Assembly: GCA_964579625.1 (NCBI GenBank)
Contig: CAZOGU010000005.1
Coordinates: forward strand, 1,145 to 65,144
From: an uncultured Pseudobdellovibrionaceae bacterium
GTDB taxonomy: Bacteria; Bdellovibrionota; Bdellovibrionia; Bdellovibrionales; JAGQZY01
DNA: 64,000 nucleotides
Direction of reading: 5' to 3'
Shown piece by piece: positions 48,842-58,108 of the stretch. Under the pieces are notes generated by a model. It was not told the origin of the DNA. It was given only the letters and a program-made list of their open reading frames with translations, and made no database searches. Both the position numbers and the translations under genes were made by a program. Position 1 is the stretch's first letter. Each line of letters begins with the position of its first letter.

Positions 48842-49053
48842 GCTTTAAATGGCTGAGTGATCGCTTGTCCTTGGGCATCTTGGCCAAGAAGCAGCTCTAC
48901 CTTTTGCTCTGCATCTTCGAGATCTTTTTGACAGGTGCGCGAAAGCTTTACGCCCTCTTCAAAAAGTTTCAGCGAGTCTTCAAGCGACACGTCGCCGCCT
49001 TCCATTTTGGCAACAATCTCTTCGAGACGAACTAATTTTTTTTCGAAGTCCAT
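48838..49053 (-). CDS. xseB: exodeoxyribonuclease VII small subunit
   Basis: 71 aa with FEKKLVRLEEIVAKMEGGDVSLEDSLKLFEEG. Confidence 0.9.
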   Translation of the reverse strand: MDFEKKLVRLEEIVAKMEGGDVSLEDSLKLFEEGVKLSRTCQKDLEDAEQKVELLLGQDAQGQAITQPFKA

Positions 49054-50408
49054 AAATTCTCCTCTGTTTTTTTCATTTTTGATTCTGCCTCACCAAGCAC
49101 ACTGACTCGCAGGGCGCCCTCCGCCAATTGAACAAATAGCTCTTGATCTTTATTGACTTGCTGCGGATTTTTCACAATTTTGTCATTTTCGAAAATAAGT
49201 GCGTAACCCCGATTCACCACCCGCAGCGGACTCACCGAGTCGAGCACAGACATTTGTTCGCGAAGTTTTTGCATGCGCGCTTGCACCGTGTGTTTGACTT
49301 CTTTTTGCAGATTGCGAAACAGGTTGTTTACTTTTTGTCGCTGAGCTTCGATGTGCGACTTGGGACTTTTGAGTTGTTCGCGCGTCAGTCGAACTTGCAT
49401 TTTAAGATCGCGAACTTGTCGTTGCCAAGACAGAACCATTCTCTGTTGAAGCTCATCACAGCGCAAGATCAGATCTTGCAGTTTGCGTTTTGGATCTATC
49501 AGCTGGCTTTGTAATGTTTGCAGCTGGCTCATCCACTGACTCAGTCTGTACTCCCACATTTGTTGCAAACGAGCTTGCAAATAGGTGATTTTTTCCGAGA
49601 GCTCATTCGCGCTCTTTGCGACAAGCTCTGCGGCCGCTGACGGCGTTGGGGCTCGCACATCGGCAACAAAATCCGCAATTGTAAAATCAATTTCGTGGCC
49701 AACGGCAGAAATAATAGGAATTTGAGATGCAAAAATAGCGCGCGCTACTTTTTCTTCGTTAAAACACCACATGTCCTCGATAGATCCACCGCCGCGACCG
49801 ACTATCAAGACATCAAAACCGCCAAGGCGATTGGCAAGTTCGATCCCGCGCACAACCTCGTCACCAGAGCCCTCGCCCTGAACACGGGCAGGAATCACTG
49901 TGATTCGACCGCTGCGATAACGACGACCGAGAACATTAAGAATGTCCTGGATGGCGGCTCCTGTTGGCGATGTGACGACACCAATGTGTTTTGGCAAGAG
50001 TGGTAGTTTTTGTTTGTGTTCCGCACTAAACAGTCCTTCGAGCTGAAGTTTGTTTTTGAGTTGTTCGAACGCTTTTTGCAAAGCGCCCGCGCCCACCGGC
50101 TCCATGGATTCACAAAAAATTTGGTAATTTCCGCGAGGTTCGTAAACGGTCACTCGTCCACGAACCAAAACTTCCATTCCGGAGTCCGGACGAAATTTAA
50201 GCCGGGCATTGAACCCTTTAAACATCACGGCGCTGATTTGTGATTTGTTATCCTTGAGACTAAAATAATAATGGCCCGAGGTGTGGGCTTTAAAATTCGA
50301 AATTTCTCCCTGCAACCAAATGGACTTAAATTCGTTTTCGATTTGGCCCTTGATCAGTTGATTCAAGTGGGTCACGGTTAAAACTTCGGGCGTGTCCGTA
50401 TCACTCAT
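49032..50408 (-). CDS. xseA: exodeoxyribonuclease VII large subunit
   Basis: An OB-fold N-terminus (TVTHLNQLIKGQIENEFKSIWLQGEISNF) and a catalytic core are present. I place the start at ATG 50408 (MSDTDTPEV). The longer track ORF reads through a dispersed repeat and the 6S terminator. Confidence 0.9.
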   Translation of the reverse strand: MSDTDTPEVLTVTHLNQLIKGQIENEFKSIWLQGEISNFKAHTSGHYYFSLKDNKSQISAVMFKGFNARLKFRPDSGMEVLVRGRVTVYEPRGNYQIFCESMEPVGAGALQKAFEQLKNKLQLEGLFSAEHKQKLPLLPKHIGVVTSPTGAAIQDILNVLGRRYRSGRITVIPARVQGEGSGDEVVRGIELANRLGGFDVLIVGRGGGSIEDMWCFNEEKVARAIFASQIPIISAVGHEIDFTIADFVADVRAPTPSAAAELVAKSANELSEKITYLQARLQQMWEYRLSQWMSQLQTLQSQLIDPKRKLQDLILRCDELQQRMVLSWQRQVRDLKMQVRLTREQLKSPKSHIEAQRQKVNNLFRNLQKEVKHTVQARMQKLREQMSVLDSVSPLRVVNRGYALIFENDKIVKNPQQVNKDQELFVQLAEGALRVSVLGEAESKMKKTEENLWTSKKN

Positions 50409-50412
50409 GGTG

Positions 50413-50440
50413 AGATCCTTCGCTTCGCTCTGGATGACGG
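50413..50440 (+). repeat. dispersed repeat copy E
   Basis: AGATCCTTCGCTTCGCTCTGGATGACGG, 5 nt upstream (in the minus sense) of the xseA ATG. Confidence 0.8.
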
Positions 50441-50639
50441 GGGCGGAGGATTTAGTTGCAGTTGGGTGGTCTTCTTCACTCTCAGTCGGCACTGAAGCTT
50501 CGAGGTTTTTTTTGCGCAGTTCTTGCGGGCTTGGCTCTAAAAGAGTGGACCATTTGTTAAATTGCATTTGATCTTTTGACACGGCAAGCAGCTTAGAGGG
50601 CGGTTTGTCCGAGGTCAATATCTGGAAGAAAAAAAAGAA

Positions 50640-50807
50640 ATTCTGTGGCAGCTATGAGAAACAATGAAATCCCAAAACTCAGCAGGTGGGTGGCCATTTA
50701 ACAACTTTAGGCTTCCCAGCTTAAACTGGGCCTGCACACCATCGTCAGGGACAGCCCCCTTTGTATGCTTGTAGGATTTCTGTATTCTCCGCTATACGCC
50801 ACAGAAT
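50640..50807 (-). ncRNA. ssrS: candidate 6S RNA
   Basis: A 10-bp closing stem (ATTCTGTGGC / GCCACAGAAT) is followed by further helices GAGAA/TTCTC and GAAATCC/GGATTTC. These surround a large asymmetric bubble and an apical GGTGTGCAGGCC...GGCCACCCACC helix. That helix contains the CCCAGTTTAAGCTGGG hairpin followed by GAAGCCTAAAGTTG. On the minus strand a T-rich tract (TTTCTTTTTTTTCTT) follows the 3' arm, and a TAGTAT -10-like box sits about 9 nt upstream of the 5' arm. Confidence 0.6.
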
Positions 50808-50861
50808 CCAGAGTCCATACTAGCAGAAGTCCGCTGCGACAGTAATGAATTTCGCTCGTTT

Positions 50862-51143
50862 GTGCCAAAAGTCGATGCTTTTTTCTCAATCTTGACTTTT
50901 ATTTTTTGCATGCACTTCCGATACCGTTTTATGACAATACAAATGATCGATTCTATCACGATGTGGCTTGCATTTTCCTACGGAGCGCTTTTGTTTTTTG
51001 TTCTCGAAATCCCACTGATTCAAAAGCTGGAAACTAAGTATCCCGAACGGTTTCTCATTTTGAGACGCCACCAGCCCCTCTCATTTTTTTGTTTGTGGTT
51101 TGGCGGCCTGTGGATTGTCCAGGATCTTCTGCTCTCCCTTTAA
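50862..51143 (+). CDS. possible small membrane protein
   Basis: The ORF has two hydrophobic helices (WLAFSYGALLFFVLEI, FFCLWFGGLWIV). The start is unclear, there is no RBS, and I recognise no family. Confidence 0.3.
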   Translation: MPKVDAFFSILTFIFCMHFRYRFMTIQMIDSITMWLAFSYGALLFFVLEIPLIQKLETKYPERFLILRRHQPLSFFCLWFGGLWIVQDLLLSL

Positions 51144-51159
51144 GCCCGCAAATTTCCAT

Positions 51160-51197
51160 CAGATATCTGATATCGGATTTCTGATATCAGATATCTG
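51160..51197. promoter_or_regulatory. nested palindromes / 15-bp inverted repeat (operator or terminator candidate)
   Basis: CAGATATCTGATATC-GGATTTCT-GATATCAGATATCTG. It contains CAGATATCTG twice and is followed by TTTTT. It lies 70 nt upstream of the 51267 CDS. Confidence 0.4.
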
Positions 51198-51266
51198 TTT
51201 TTGTGCTTACACCCTTAAGTCGAGACACACTTCTGCCGATAATGAGACAGTATTTAGGGGGTCCCT

Positions 51267-52388
51267 ATGAAGCTATTCCTTGTTTTGATTTTAACTTCTG
51301 TTTCCACCTGGGCGGCTGAGAGCGAATTGGAAGTGCTCGGCAAAAAATGTGAAAGCGCGTTGAGCGAAGCAAAAGACGAAGTTTATAAATGGAAGCAAGA
51401 CCTTTTTAACCAAACTGTCCCTTCGGCAAATGCCGTCGATGCCGCCTCAGCACAGCCAATAAGCACTGGTAATCCTATTACAGATATGTACGCAAAACTG
51501 AATCAATTAAATCAACAGATGGCCGAAATTAAACAACAAGAAAGCACGGCCATGGCAAGTGCGGAGGATGACTGTTTTAGCAAATTTGAACAAAACGAAG
51601 ATGAGCGAGAACAAAATCGTCGCAAAGGATATGAGGGCCTTGAACAAATTGCCATCGCCGAAAACGAAAAGCAAAAACAGCTGAATCAAATTCGTGGAAC
51701 TTGTCTTACAAAATCGATGGAAATGGCAATGGCCGATCGCCAACAGCTCGCGAAAAATTATAACCAGCGCCTGGTGAGCACTGTCGGCGGCGCCACACAA
51801 AGTAAAAAGCAGCTTGCGAACTTGCCTGCTCAATACAACCAACAGTGTCTAAAGGCTGCGAAATACGCCTTTGAAAGCGCTGATCAAGATCTCGCAACTA
51901 AGATGCGAATTTACAATATCCGAACGGAAGAAATTATTTCAGCTGACAATTATCTCGATCTTAAAAAAGAAAAGCTCAGTGCCTATTGTGAACAGCGGTA
52001 TGATCGAATTACAAAACAGGCTCAAGATCAGAAAAACATGATCGCACAGAATCAAATTCTCGCTTATGTTGGCACAGAAATGGCCATGAAAACAGCAAGT
52101 GCAAATGGTGCAGAACAAGAGAAGATCTACGGAGCTGCGCAAAGTTTAGAGCAAATACTAGAGCCTACGTTTTGGAAAAATTTAGAAATCGGCTGTGCCG
52201 GTCAATTTCAGGAAACAAACGGCGGTACGACTCGCGTACCAGCAGACATTTGGCCTGAGTTTGACGACGTAAATAAATATTGCCGGCCGCCAGGTGCCCC
52301 TGCAACTCAAAATTGTGTGACCACCCATGGAACACCAAGCTTAGAAAAACAAAAACGCGATGCGGGTTCGAACGGAACGATGATTTAA
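51267..52388 (+). CDS. secreted Gln/Ala-rich coiled-coil hypothetical protein
   Basis: RBS AGGGGG, signal peptide MKLFLVLILTSVSTWA, 373 aa. I recognise no family. Confidence 0.55.
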   Translation: MKLFLVLILTSVSTWAAESELEVLGKKCESALSEAKDEVYKWKQDLFNQTVPSANAVDAASAQPISTGNPITDMYAKLNQLNQQMAEIKQQESTAMASAEDDCFSKFEQNEDEREQNRRKGYEGLEQIAIAENEKQKQLNQIRGTCLTKSMEMAMADRQQLAKNYNQRLVSTVGGATQSKKQLANLPAQYNQQCLKAAKYAFESADQDLATKMRIYNIRTEEIISADNYLDLKKEKLSAYCEQRYDRITKQAQDQKNMIAQNQILAYVGTEMAMKTASANGAEQEKIYGAAQSLEQILEPTFWKNLEIGCAGQFQETNGGTTRVPADIWPEFDDVNKYCRPPGAPATQNCVTTHGTPSLEKQKRDAGSNGTMI

Positions 52389-52481
52389 TGGATAAAGGGC
52401 CAGGTGTTTGCCTTTAAAATCAGCCGCTCTCTCGTCTTGTCATGGGTTGCCTGAGACGAACTCTTCATTTACACTGTGTAG

Positions 52482-55214
52482 ATGTCTCAATTTCTTAAGC
52501 GTCTTATCCTCATCAATCTTGGTCTTACGTTTGTCGTTTTTCTTCTCGGTGTGGGTTATCTTTACTACTCTTATCTCACTCTTCCGCAACTGATCACCGT
52601 GCAAGATTACAAACCTCTGCTCTCCAGCGATATCTACGCGCGCGGCGGAGAAAAAATCGGTGAGCTTTATAGCAGCAAACAAGGGGTGCGCATTTTGACG
52701 CCTTACAAAGACATTCCTCCGCAGCTGACAAAAGCTTTTCTTGCGGCGGAAGACGATTCGTTTTTTGAACACAAAGGTTTCAACATCTCGGCGATTCTTC
52801 GTGCGGTTTGGATCAATGTGCTTTCGGGAAAAAAGAGCCAAGGGGCCTCCACCATCTCTCAACAAACAGCACGAACACTTTTTTTAAGTTCCGAAAAAAC
52901 GTATCTTCGTAAAATAAAAGAAGCTCTTCTTACCTACAAAATGGAAAGCAATCTTGCCAAAGAAGACATTCTTTATCTTTATCTCAATCAGATCTACCTT
53001 GGGCAGGGAGCTTATGGTGTTGCCGCCGCGGCGGAAACGTATTTCCGTAAAGAGCTGAAGGATCTCACTCTGGCGGAAATGGCACTCTTGGCCGGTGTTC
53101 CCACCTCACCCAGCCGGTTCAATCCTGTCGTGAACCCTAAGCGCGCCAAGGAGCGCCAGGTCTATGTTCTCAACCGTATGGCCACAGAAGGTTTTGTCAC
53201 TGAAGATGACGCCAAAAAAGCGGCCGACGAAGTTCTCAAAATTCAGGCGAAAAAAGTTTATAAAGAAACCGGCCCTTATTTTGTCGAAACTGTTCGTCAA
53301 CTTTTAGTTCAGGAGCTGGGCGAAGAAATGCTTCTTGAGCAAGGACTCAAAATCTACACCTCGCTGGATTTAAAGGCCCAGATGAAGGCGATCGAAAGCG
53401 TGAATGCCGGCGTGCGAGCGATCGACAAAAAACGCGGGTATCGCGGCGCCAAGACCTTATTAAAAATCGATGACACAGACGCGGTTGAAAAATTTTTAAC
53501 CGACTCTCGCGAAAAAATAATCAAAGAAAAAAACACTTCGCTTTATCTTAAGCCCGATGGCACTTTGGTTACATTTGAACCTTTCGCTGAAATAAAGAAA
53601 AACTCAAAAGAGATCCAAAATATTCCTCCCTACATTAAAATCGGCGAGATTGTGCAAGGACTCGTGACAAAGGTCGACGATACTGCGGGACTTGTTTATG
53701 TTCGTTTTGCAGAGTCGCAAGGAATTCTGCCTTTGAGTGAAATGCTCTGGGCACGTCCTTTCAATCCGGATCTCCATCCGGGCGAGCATCTGAATATCAA
53801 GCGACCTTCGCAAGCTGTTAAACCGGGTGATGTCATTGATATCAAAGTCGTGGGAAATATATTTACGCCAACAAAACCAACCGGTAAATCAAAAACTCCG
53901 CCACCAAGCTACAAAGACTACGCCTCCCTCTCGCTGGAACAAGAGCCTGAAGTGCAAGGCGCCCTTTTGTCTTTTGATTTAGAAACCGGTGATATCACTG
54001 CCATGATTGGTGGACTGGATTATTCTAAATTTAAATTCAATCGCGCTTACCAAGCTCTGCGCCAAACGGGCTCTGCCTTTAAGCCTATTGTTTACGCCGC
54101 CGGACTCGAACAGGGCCTCACCGTGGGAACACCGATCATGGGCGCTCCGATTGTTTATGGCGCGAAGACAGAAGAAGAAAAGGCAAATCCGACCGCGAAA
54201 AAATTAACCGATCAGGAAAGCGACGAAGCGTGGAAACCTGAAAACTACGACGGAAAATTTACTGGCGATGTTTTGATGAGAACCGCTCTGAAGCGCTCTT
54301 TAAACACTCCAACGATTCGTGTTTTAGAAAAAGCGACGATTCCTTATGCGGCGGCCTACGCTCGTCGCCTTGGAATTTTTAGCCCGCTCAACATGGACAT
54401 GTCTCTGGCTCTCGGCTCAAGTGGCGTTTCGCTTTACGAAATGAATAAAGCCATTGCTGTTTTTGCACGCAACGGAAAACGGTTTGCTCCCATTTTGGTT
54501 AAAGAAGTTAAAAATAACGCCGGCGAAACGATCATTCAAAACTTATCTCTCGATCAACGTTTTAAAGAAAAACTAGATGCACTCGAAAATGAATTTAGCG
54601 ACCGTCGGACCGAATACAAAAAAGCACTCGCGGCGTATCAGCAAAAAAAGTCTCAACAAAAAGTAGCTGACGATATGGATGATGAGAAAAAAGATAAACC
54701 GCCAGTGAATGGATTCTTCTTCGATAGTCCGGATCAATTGATTTCTCCACAAACAGCTTATCTCGTCACCAACATGCTCCAAGGTGTGGCCACTGAACCC
54801 GATGGCACGGGAGGACGCGCAGCCGCACTAGGACGTCCTGTCGCAGGAAAAACGGGAACAACCAATGGCTATTACGACGCTTGGTTTTTAGGATACACGC
54901 CACAAGTCGCAACAAGCGTTTGGGTGGGCCTTGATACAGAGAAGACTCTTGGCAAAGGCCAAACCGGCGGCGACGCGGCACTCCCTATTTGGCTCCCCTA
55001 CATGCAAGCCGTTCATGCAAACTTACCGGTCAAAGATTTCGAAATCCCACCGAATATCGAGTTCTTTATGGTCGATAAAGACACTGGCAAGCCCGCCGTA
55101 GGCGAAACAGCAATCCGCCTCCCCTTCCTCCGTGGCACTGAACCCAGCGCCACCCCACGCACCTTCGAAGAAAAACAAGTCGAAGAAAAAGACTTCCTCC
55201 GCGAAAGCTTTTAA
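52482..55214 (+). CDS. mrcA: class A penicillin-binding protein PBP1A (GT51 + OB-like insert + transpeptidase)
   Basis: GT51 motifs AAEDDSFFEHKGF and GASTISQQ. Transpeptidase motifs SAFK, SLN and KTGTT. The inter-domain OB-like segment is IGEIVQGLVTKVDD...VKPGDVIDIKV. Confidence 0.92.
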   Translation: MSQFLKRLILINLGLTFVVFLLGVGYLYYSYLTLPQLITVQDYKPLLSSDIYARGGEKIGELYSSKQGVRILTPYKDIPPQLTKAFLAAEDDSFFEHKGFNISAILRAVWINVLSGKKSQGASTISQQTARTLFLSSEKTYLRKIKEALLTYKMESNLAKEDILYLYLNQIYLGQGAYGVAAAAETYFRKELKDLTLAEMALLAGVPTSPSRFNPVVNPKRAKERQVYVLNRMATEGFVTEDDAKKAADEVLKIQAKKVYKETGPYFVETVRQLLVQELGEEMLLEQGLKIYTSLDLKAQMKAIESVNAGVRAIDKKRGYRGAKTLLKIDDTDAVEKFLTDSREKIIKEKNTSLYLKPDGTLVTFEPFAEIKKNSKEIQNIPPYIKIGEIVQGLVTKVDDTAGLVYVRFAESQGILPLSEMLWARPFNPDLHPGEHLNIKRPSQAVKPGDVIDIKVVGNIFTPTKPTGKSKTPPPSYKDYASLSLEQEPEVQGALLSFDLETGDITAMIGGLDYSKFKFNRAYQALRQTGSAFKPIVYAAGLEQGLTVGTPIMGAPIVYGAKTEEEKANPTAKKLTDQESDEAWKPENYDGKFTGDVLMRTALKRSLNTPTIRVLEKATIPYAAAYARRLGIFSPLNMDMSLALGSSGVSLYEMNKAIAVFARNGKRFAPILVKEVKNNAGETIIQNLSLDQRFKEKLDALENEFSDRRTEYKKALAAYQQKKSQQKVADDMDDEKKDKPPVNGFFFDSPDQLISPQTAYLVTNMLQGVATEPDGTGGRAAALGRPVAGKTGTTNGYYDAWFLGYTPQVATSVWVGLDTEKTLGKGQTGGDAALPIWLPYMQAVHANLPVKDFEIPPNIEFFMVDKDTGKPAVGETAIRLPFLRGTEPSATPRTFEEKQVEEKDFLRESF

Positions 55215-55258
55215 GTTTCGTTGCCGATTGTGGATAAACGGGTTATGTCTTGAGGATT

Positions 55259-58090
55259 ATGGAAAACATTATCCTCAAGAACATCACTCAGAACAATCTC
55301 AAAGGTGTGGACCTCGAAATTCCCGTCGGCTCTTTTACCGTTGTCTGCGGCCCCAGTGGTTCTGGAAAAAGTTCTTTGGCCTTCGAGACTCTCTATGCCG
55401 AAGGACAACGTCGTTATATCGAAAGTCTTAATAGTTATGCTCGACAGTTTTTAAACAAAGCGCCAAAGCCCCATGTGGAATTTATTAATAATATTCCACC
55501 GGCGATTGCTTTGGAGCAAAAAAATTCCGTTCGTAATTCTCGCTCCACTGTCGGCACAAGCTCTGATGTGATTGATTATTTGCGGCTGCTTTTTGCGAAA
55601 GTGGCGCAAGCTTATTGTCCCAATGGACATGGCGCCATCGAAAAACACGCTCCGGGCGCAATTGCAGATCTTACGCTGCAAACTTTAACGGATCGACGAA
55701 TTTATATTCTCGCTCCTGTTGAGAAAAGTTCGCAGATTCTCCCAGATCCTAAATTTATTAAACTCCTTCTTGCCGAAGGGCTCACTCGACTTTACATTCC
55801 ACCCGCAAAGGCCTCTGTAAAAGTGGGAGAGTTTTTTGAAGTGACGGCAAAGTCCAAAGGAACGGATCTTCCAAAAAAAGATTTTTTTGTCGTGGTCGAT
55901 CGCTTGGCTGTTAAAAAAGAAGATCAAGGACGGCTCATTGATTCTCTCTCACAGGCGTATCGCACCAGTGTTCATCTCAACAAAGGAACCAATTCGGGCC
56001 GACTTAAAATCCTCACCGTTGAGGGTGATCTGTTTTCTTACAGTGATTCCCTCAGCTGTGCGACCTGTAATTATCAATTTCCCCCTTTGTCTCCGCAGCT
56101 CTTTAGTTTTAATTCGCCGGTTGGCGCCTGTAGCAAGTGCAATGGTTTTGGAAATATTCTCACCTTGGACGAAGAAAAAGTGATTCCAAATCCGAATCTC
56201 TCCTTGCAGCAGGGCGCACTCCATCCGTTTACCATGCCCAGTGCCGCACAAGATAAGCGCGAACTAATTAAGTTTTGCCGCGACAAAAAAATCGATATCA
56301 CCGTCCCCTGGAATAAACTTCCCAAAAAACAGCAAAGCCAGGTTTGGAATGGCGATACAAAGTTTTGGGGGGTCGTTGGTCTTTTTGATTACCTCGAAAC
56401 TAAAAAATACAAAATGCATGTGCGTGTCTTTTTATCGCGCTTTAAAGGATCTTTTCCTTGCGATGATTGCAAGGGCGGACGACTTAAAAATTTTATTAAG
56501 CATATTCATGTGAATGGCAAGTCCATACAAGATGTCGTAACAATGACTTTGGCTGAGGCTCATGACTGGTTTAAAGGGCTCACTCTGACCACAAAACAAA
56601 AACAATCCGTCAGTGAAGTTTATAGCCAATTGCTTTCTCGCTTGGATTTTTTGGTCAAAATCGGCGTCCATTACCTCACCCTTGATCGTCAAACTCGCTC
56701 TCTTTCTGGTGGAGAGTTCCAAAGATTAATGCTTGCAAAACAACTGGGCATGGGTCTTTCGGAAACTCTGTATGTTTTGGACGAACCCACGATTGGTCTT
56801 CATCCGCGTGATAACGATCGATTGATTGAGCAACTTAAAAAACTCAACGAGTACGGAAACACCCTCGTGATTGTCGAACATGACGAAGCGGTGATTCGCT
56901 CGAGTGACCATGTCGTCGAAATGGGCCCCGGCTCGGGATCTCTTGGTGGGGAGATTGTTTTTACCGGTATCACGAGTGATTTTTTAAAAAATAAAAACTC
57001 CCTGACTGCTGGTTATCTTGACCCGCAAAAAACTAATAAAGAATTGCTTCAGCCCCGACCCGTGGATATTGATAACTACAAATACCAAATCGAAATTGAT
57101 GGATGTCGAGGTCATAATCTTAAAAATGTGCACTTTCAACTTCCGCTCAATCGACTCGTAACGGTGACTGGCGTGAGTGGCTCTGGCAAATCGACGCTTG
57201 TCACGCAAACACTTTACCCTGCACTTGCGCGCCTTCTCGATGTTGAACATATTAAAGGTCAGCCCTTTAAAAATATTAAAGGCGTCGATGGAATAAAAAA
57301 TGTTCTCTACATCGATCAAGAATCTTTAGGCCGAACGGAGCGAAGCAATCCTCTCACCTATTTAAAAATTTACGATCTGATCCGTGATCTTCTCGCGAGC
57401 ACTCCGATTGCTCAGGAGCGCGACTACGCACCCGGAACATTTAGCCTCAACGTTGACGGTGGTCGCTGCCCGATCTGTCGCGGGCTTGGTTATGAAGAAG
57501 TGGATATGGTTTTTATGGATAACCTCAAAATTCCTTGTGAAAGCTGTAAAGGGAAAAAGTTTCGCGAAGAAATTCTCGACGTCACTTATAAGGGAAAAAA
57601 TGTTTATGAGATCTTAACCATGACGGTCCAGGCGGCCATGGACTTTTTTATTTCTCATCCACAGATTCGCCGCCCTCTTGCTTTTCTTCGTGAGGTTGGA
57701 CTTGAGTACTTACAAATCGGCCAAAGCACTGCCACTTTTAGCGGTGGCGAAATTCAACGAATTAAAATCGCGCGCGAGCTTTTGGACTCGAACCACAAAG
57801 ACACGCTCTATATACTGGACGAACCAACAACAGGGCTTCACTTTCGCGAAGTTCATCTGCTAATGAATGTTCTCAATAAAATCGTCGAGATGGGCGGAAG
57901 TGTTTTATTGATCGAACACAATCTCGATGTCATTGCTCGTTCCGACTATATTATCGATGTTGGGCCTGAGGCTGGTGAAAAAGGTGGTAAGATTGTTGCG
58001 CAAGGATCACCTTTTGAAATCGCCACGAAAAAAACTCACACCGGGATCTTTTTAAAAAAACATCTTGAATCACGCGCCATCAAAGGCTGA
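55259..58090 (+). CDS. uvrA: excinuclease ABC subunit A
   Basis: Two ABC modules (GPSGSGKSS and GVSGSGKST) and LSGGE signatures. The zinc modules include CPICRGLGYEE...CESCKGKKF. The start is ATG 55259 or TTG 55250. Confidence 0.9.
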   Translation: MENIILKNITQNNLKGVDLEIPVGSFTVVCGPSGSGKSSLAFETLYAEGQRRYIESLNSYARQFLNKAPKPHVEFINNIPPAIALEQKNSVRNSRSTVGTSSDVIDYLRLLFAKVAQAYCPNGHGAIEKHAPGAIADLTLQTLTDRRIYILAPVEKSSQILPDPKFIKLLLAEGLTRLYIPPAKASVKVGEFFEVTAKSKGTDLPKKDFFVVVDRLAVKKEDQGRLIDSLSQAYRTSVHLNKGTNSGRLKILTVEGDLFSYSDSLSCATCNYQFPPLSPQLFSFNSPVGACSKCNGFGNILTLDEEKVIPNPNLSLQQGALHPFTMPSAAQDKRELIKFCRDKKIDITVPWNKLPKKQQSQVWNGDTKFWGVVGLFDYLETKKYKMHVRVFLSRFKGSFPCDDCKGGRLKNFIKHIHVNGKSIQDVVTMTLAEAHDWFKGLTLTTKQKQSVSEVYSQLLSRLDFLVKIGVHYLTLDRQTRSLSGGEFQRLMLAKQLGMGLSETLYVLDEPTIGLHPRDNDRLIEQLKKLNEYGNTLVIVEHDEAVIRSSDHVVEMGPGSGSLGGEIVFTGITSDFLKNKNSLTAGYLDPQKTNKELLQPRPVDIDNYKYQIEIDGCRGHNLKNVHFQLPLNRLVTVTGVSGSGKSTLVTQTLYPALARLLDVEHIKGQPFKNIKGVDGIKNVLYIDQESLGRTERSNPLTYLKIYDLIRDLLASTPIAQERDYAPGTFSLNVDGGRCPICRGLGYEEVDMVFMDNLKIPCESCKGKKFREEILDVTYKGKNVYEILTMTVQAAMDFFISHPQIRRPLAFLREVGLEYLQIGQSTATFSGGEIQRIKIARELLDSNHKDTLYILDEPTTGLHFREVHLLMNVLNKIVEMGGSVLLIEHNLDVIARSDYIIDVGPEAGEKGGKIVAQGSPFEIATKKTHTGIFLKKHLESRAIKG

Positions 58091-58108
58091 TGCGTTCCAA
58101 TTTTTAAT

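Noticed and set aside
47996-50408. Absence of dxs from the xseA-xseB-ispA-(dxs)-tlyA block as a possible deletion or pseudogene scar
   Set aside because: The ispA-tlyA gap is only 9 nt with no remnant sequence. The order without dxs is a legitimate arrangement, so there is nothing anomalous to report.
50640-50807. Alternative identities for the structured RNA: tmRNA (CTGGATTC resemblance), SRP RNA, RNase P RNA
   Set aside because: There is no tRNA-like acceptor/T-arm or tag ORF. The SRP GGAA-tetraloop/AGCAGCC motif is absent. The RNase P GAGGAAAGTCCGGGC core is absent. The length and single-hairpin-with-bubble architecture fit 6S instead.
50858-50873. TTGGCACAAACGAGCG (minus strand) and other TGGCAC occurrences (e.g. 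13344, 53572) as sigma-54 promoters
   Set aside because: None has the TTGC element at the correct 5-nt spacing, and most lie inside coding sequence.
50707-50889. 60-aa track ORF (minus strand) over the 6S RNA candidate
   Set aside because: It has no RBS and overlaps the long paired structure. Its composition is not protein-like. The ncRNA interpretation is preferred.
52364-52382. GGGTTCGAACGGAACG, a T-arm-like string suggesting a tRNA
   Set aside because: It lies inside the 51267-52388 CDS and has no acceptor stem, D-arm or anticodon arm around it. I found no tRNA anywhere in the window.
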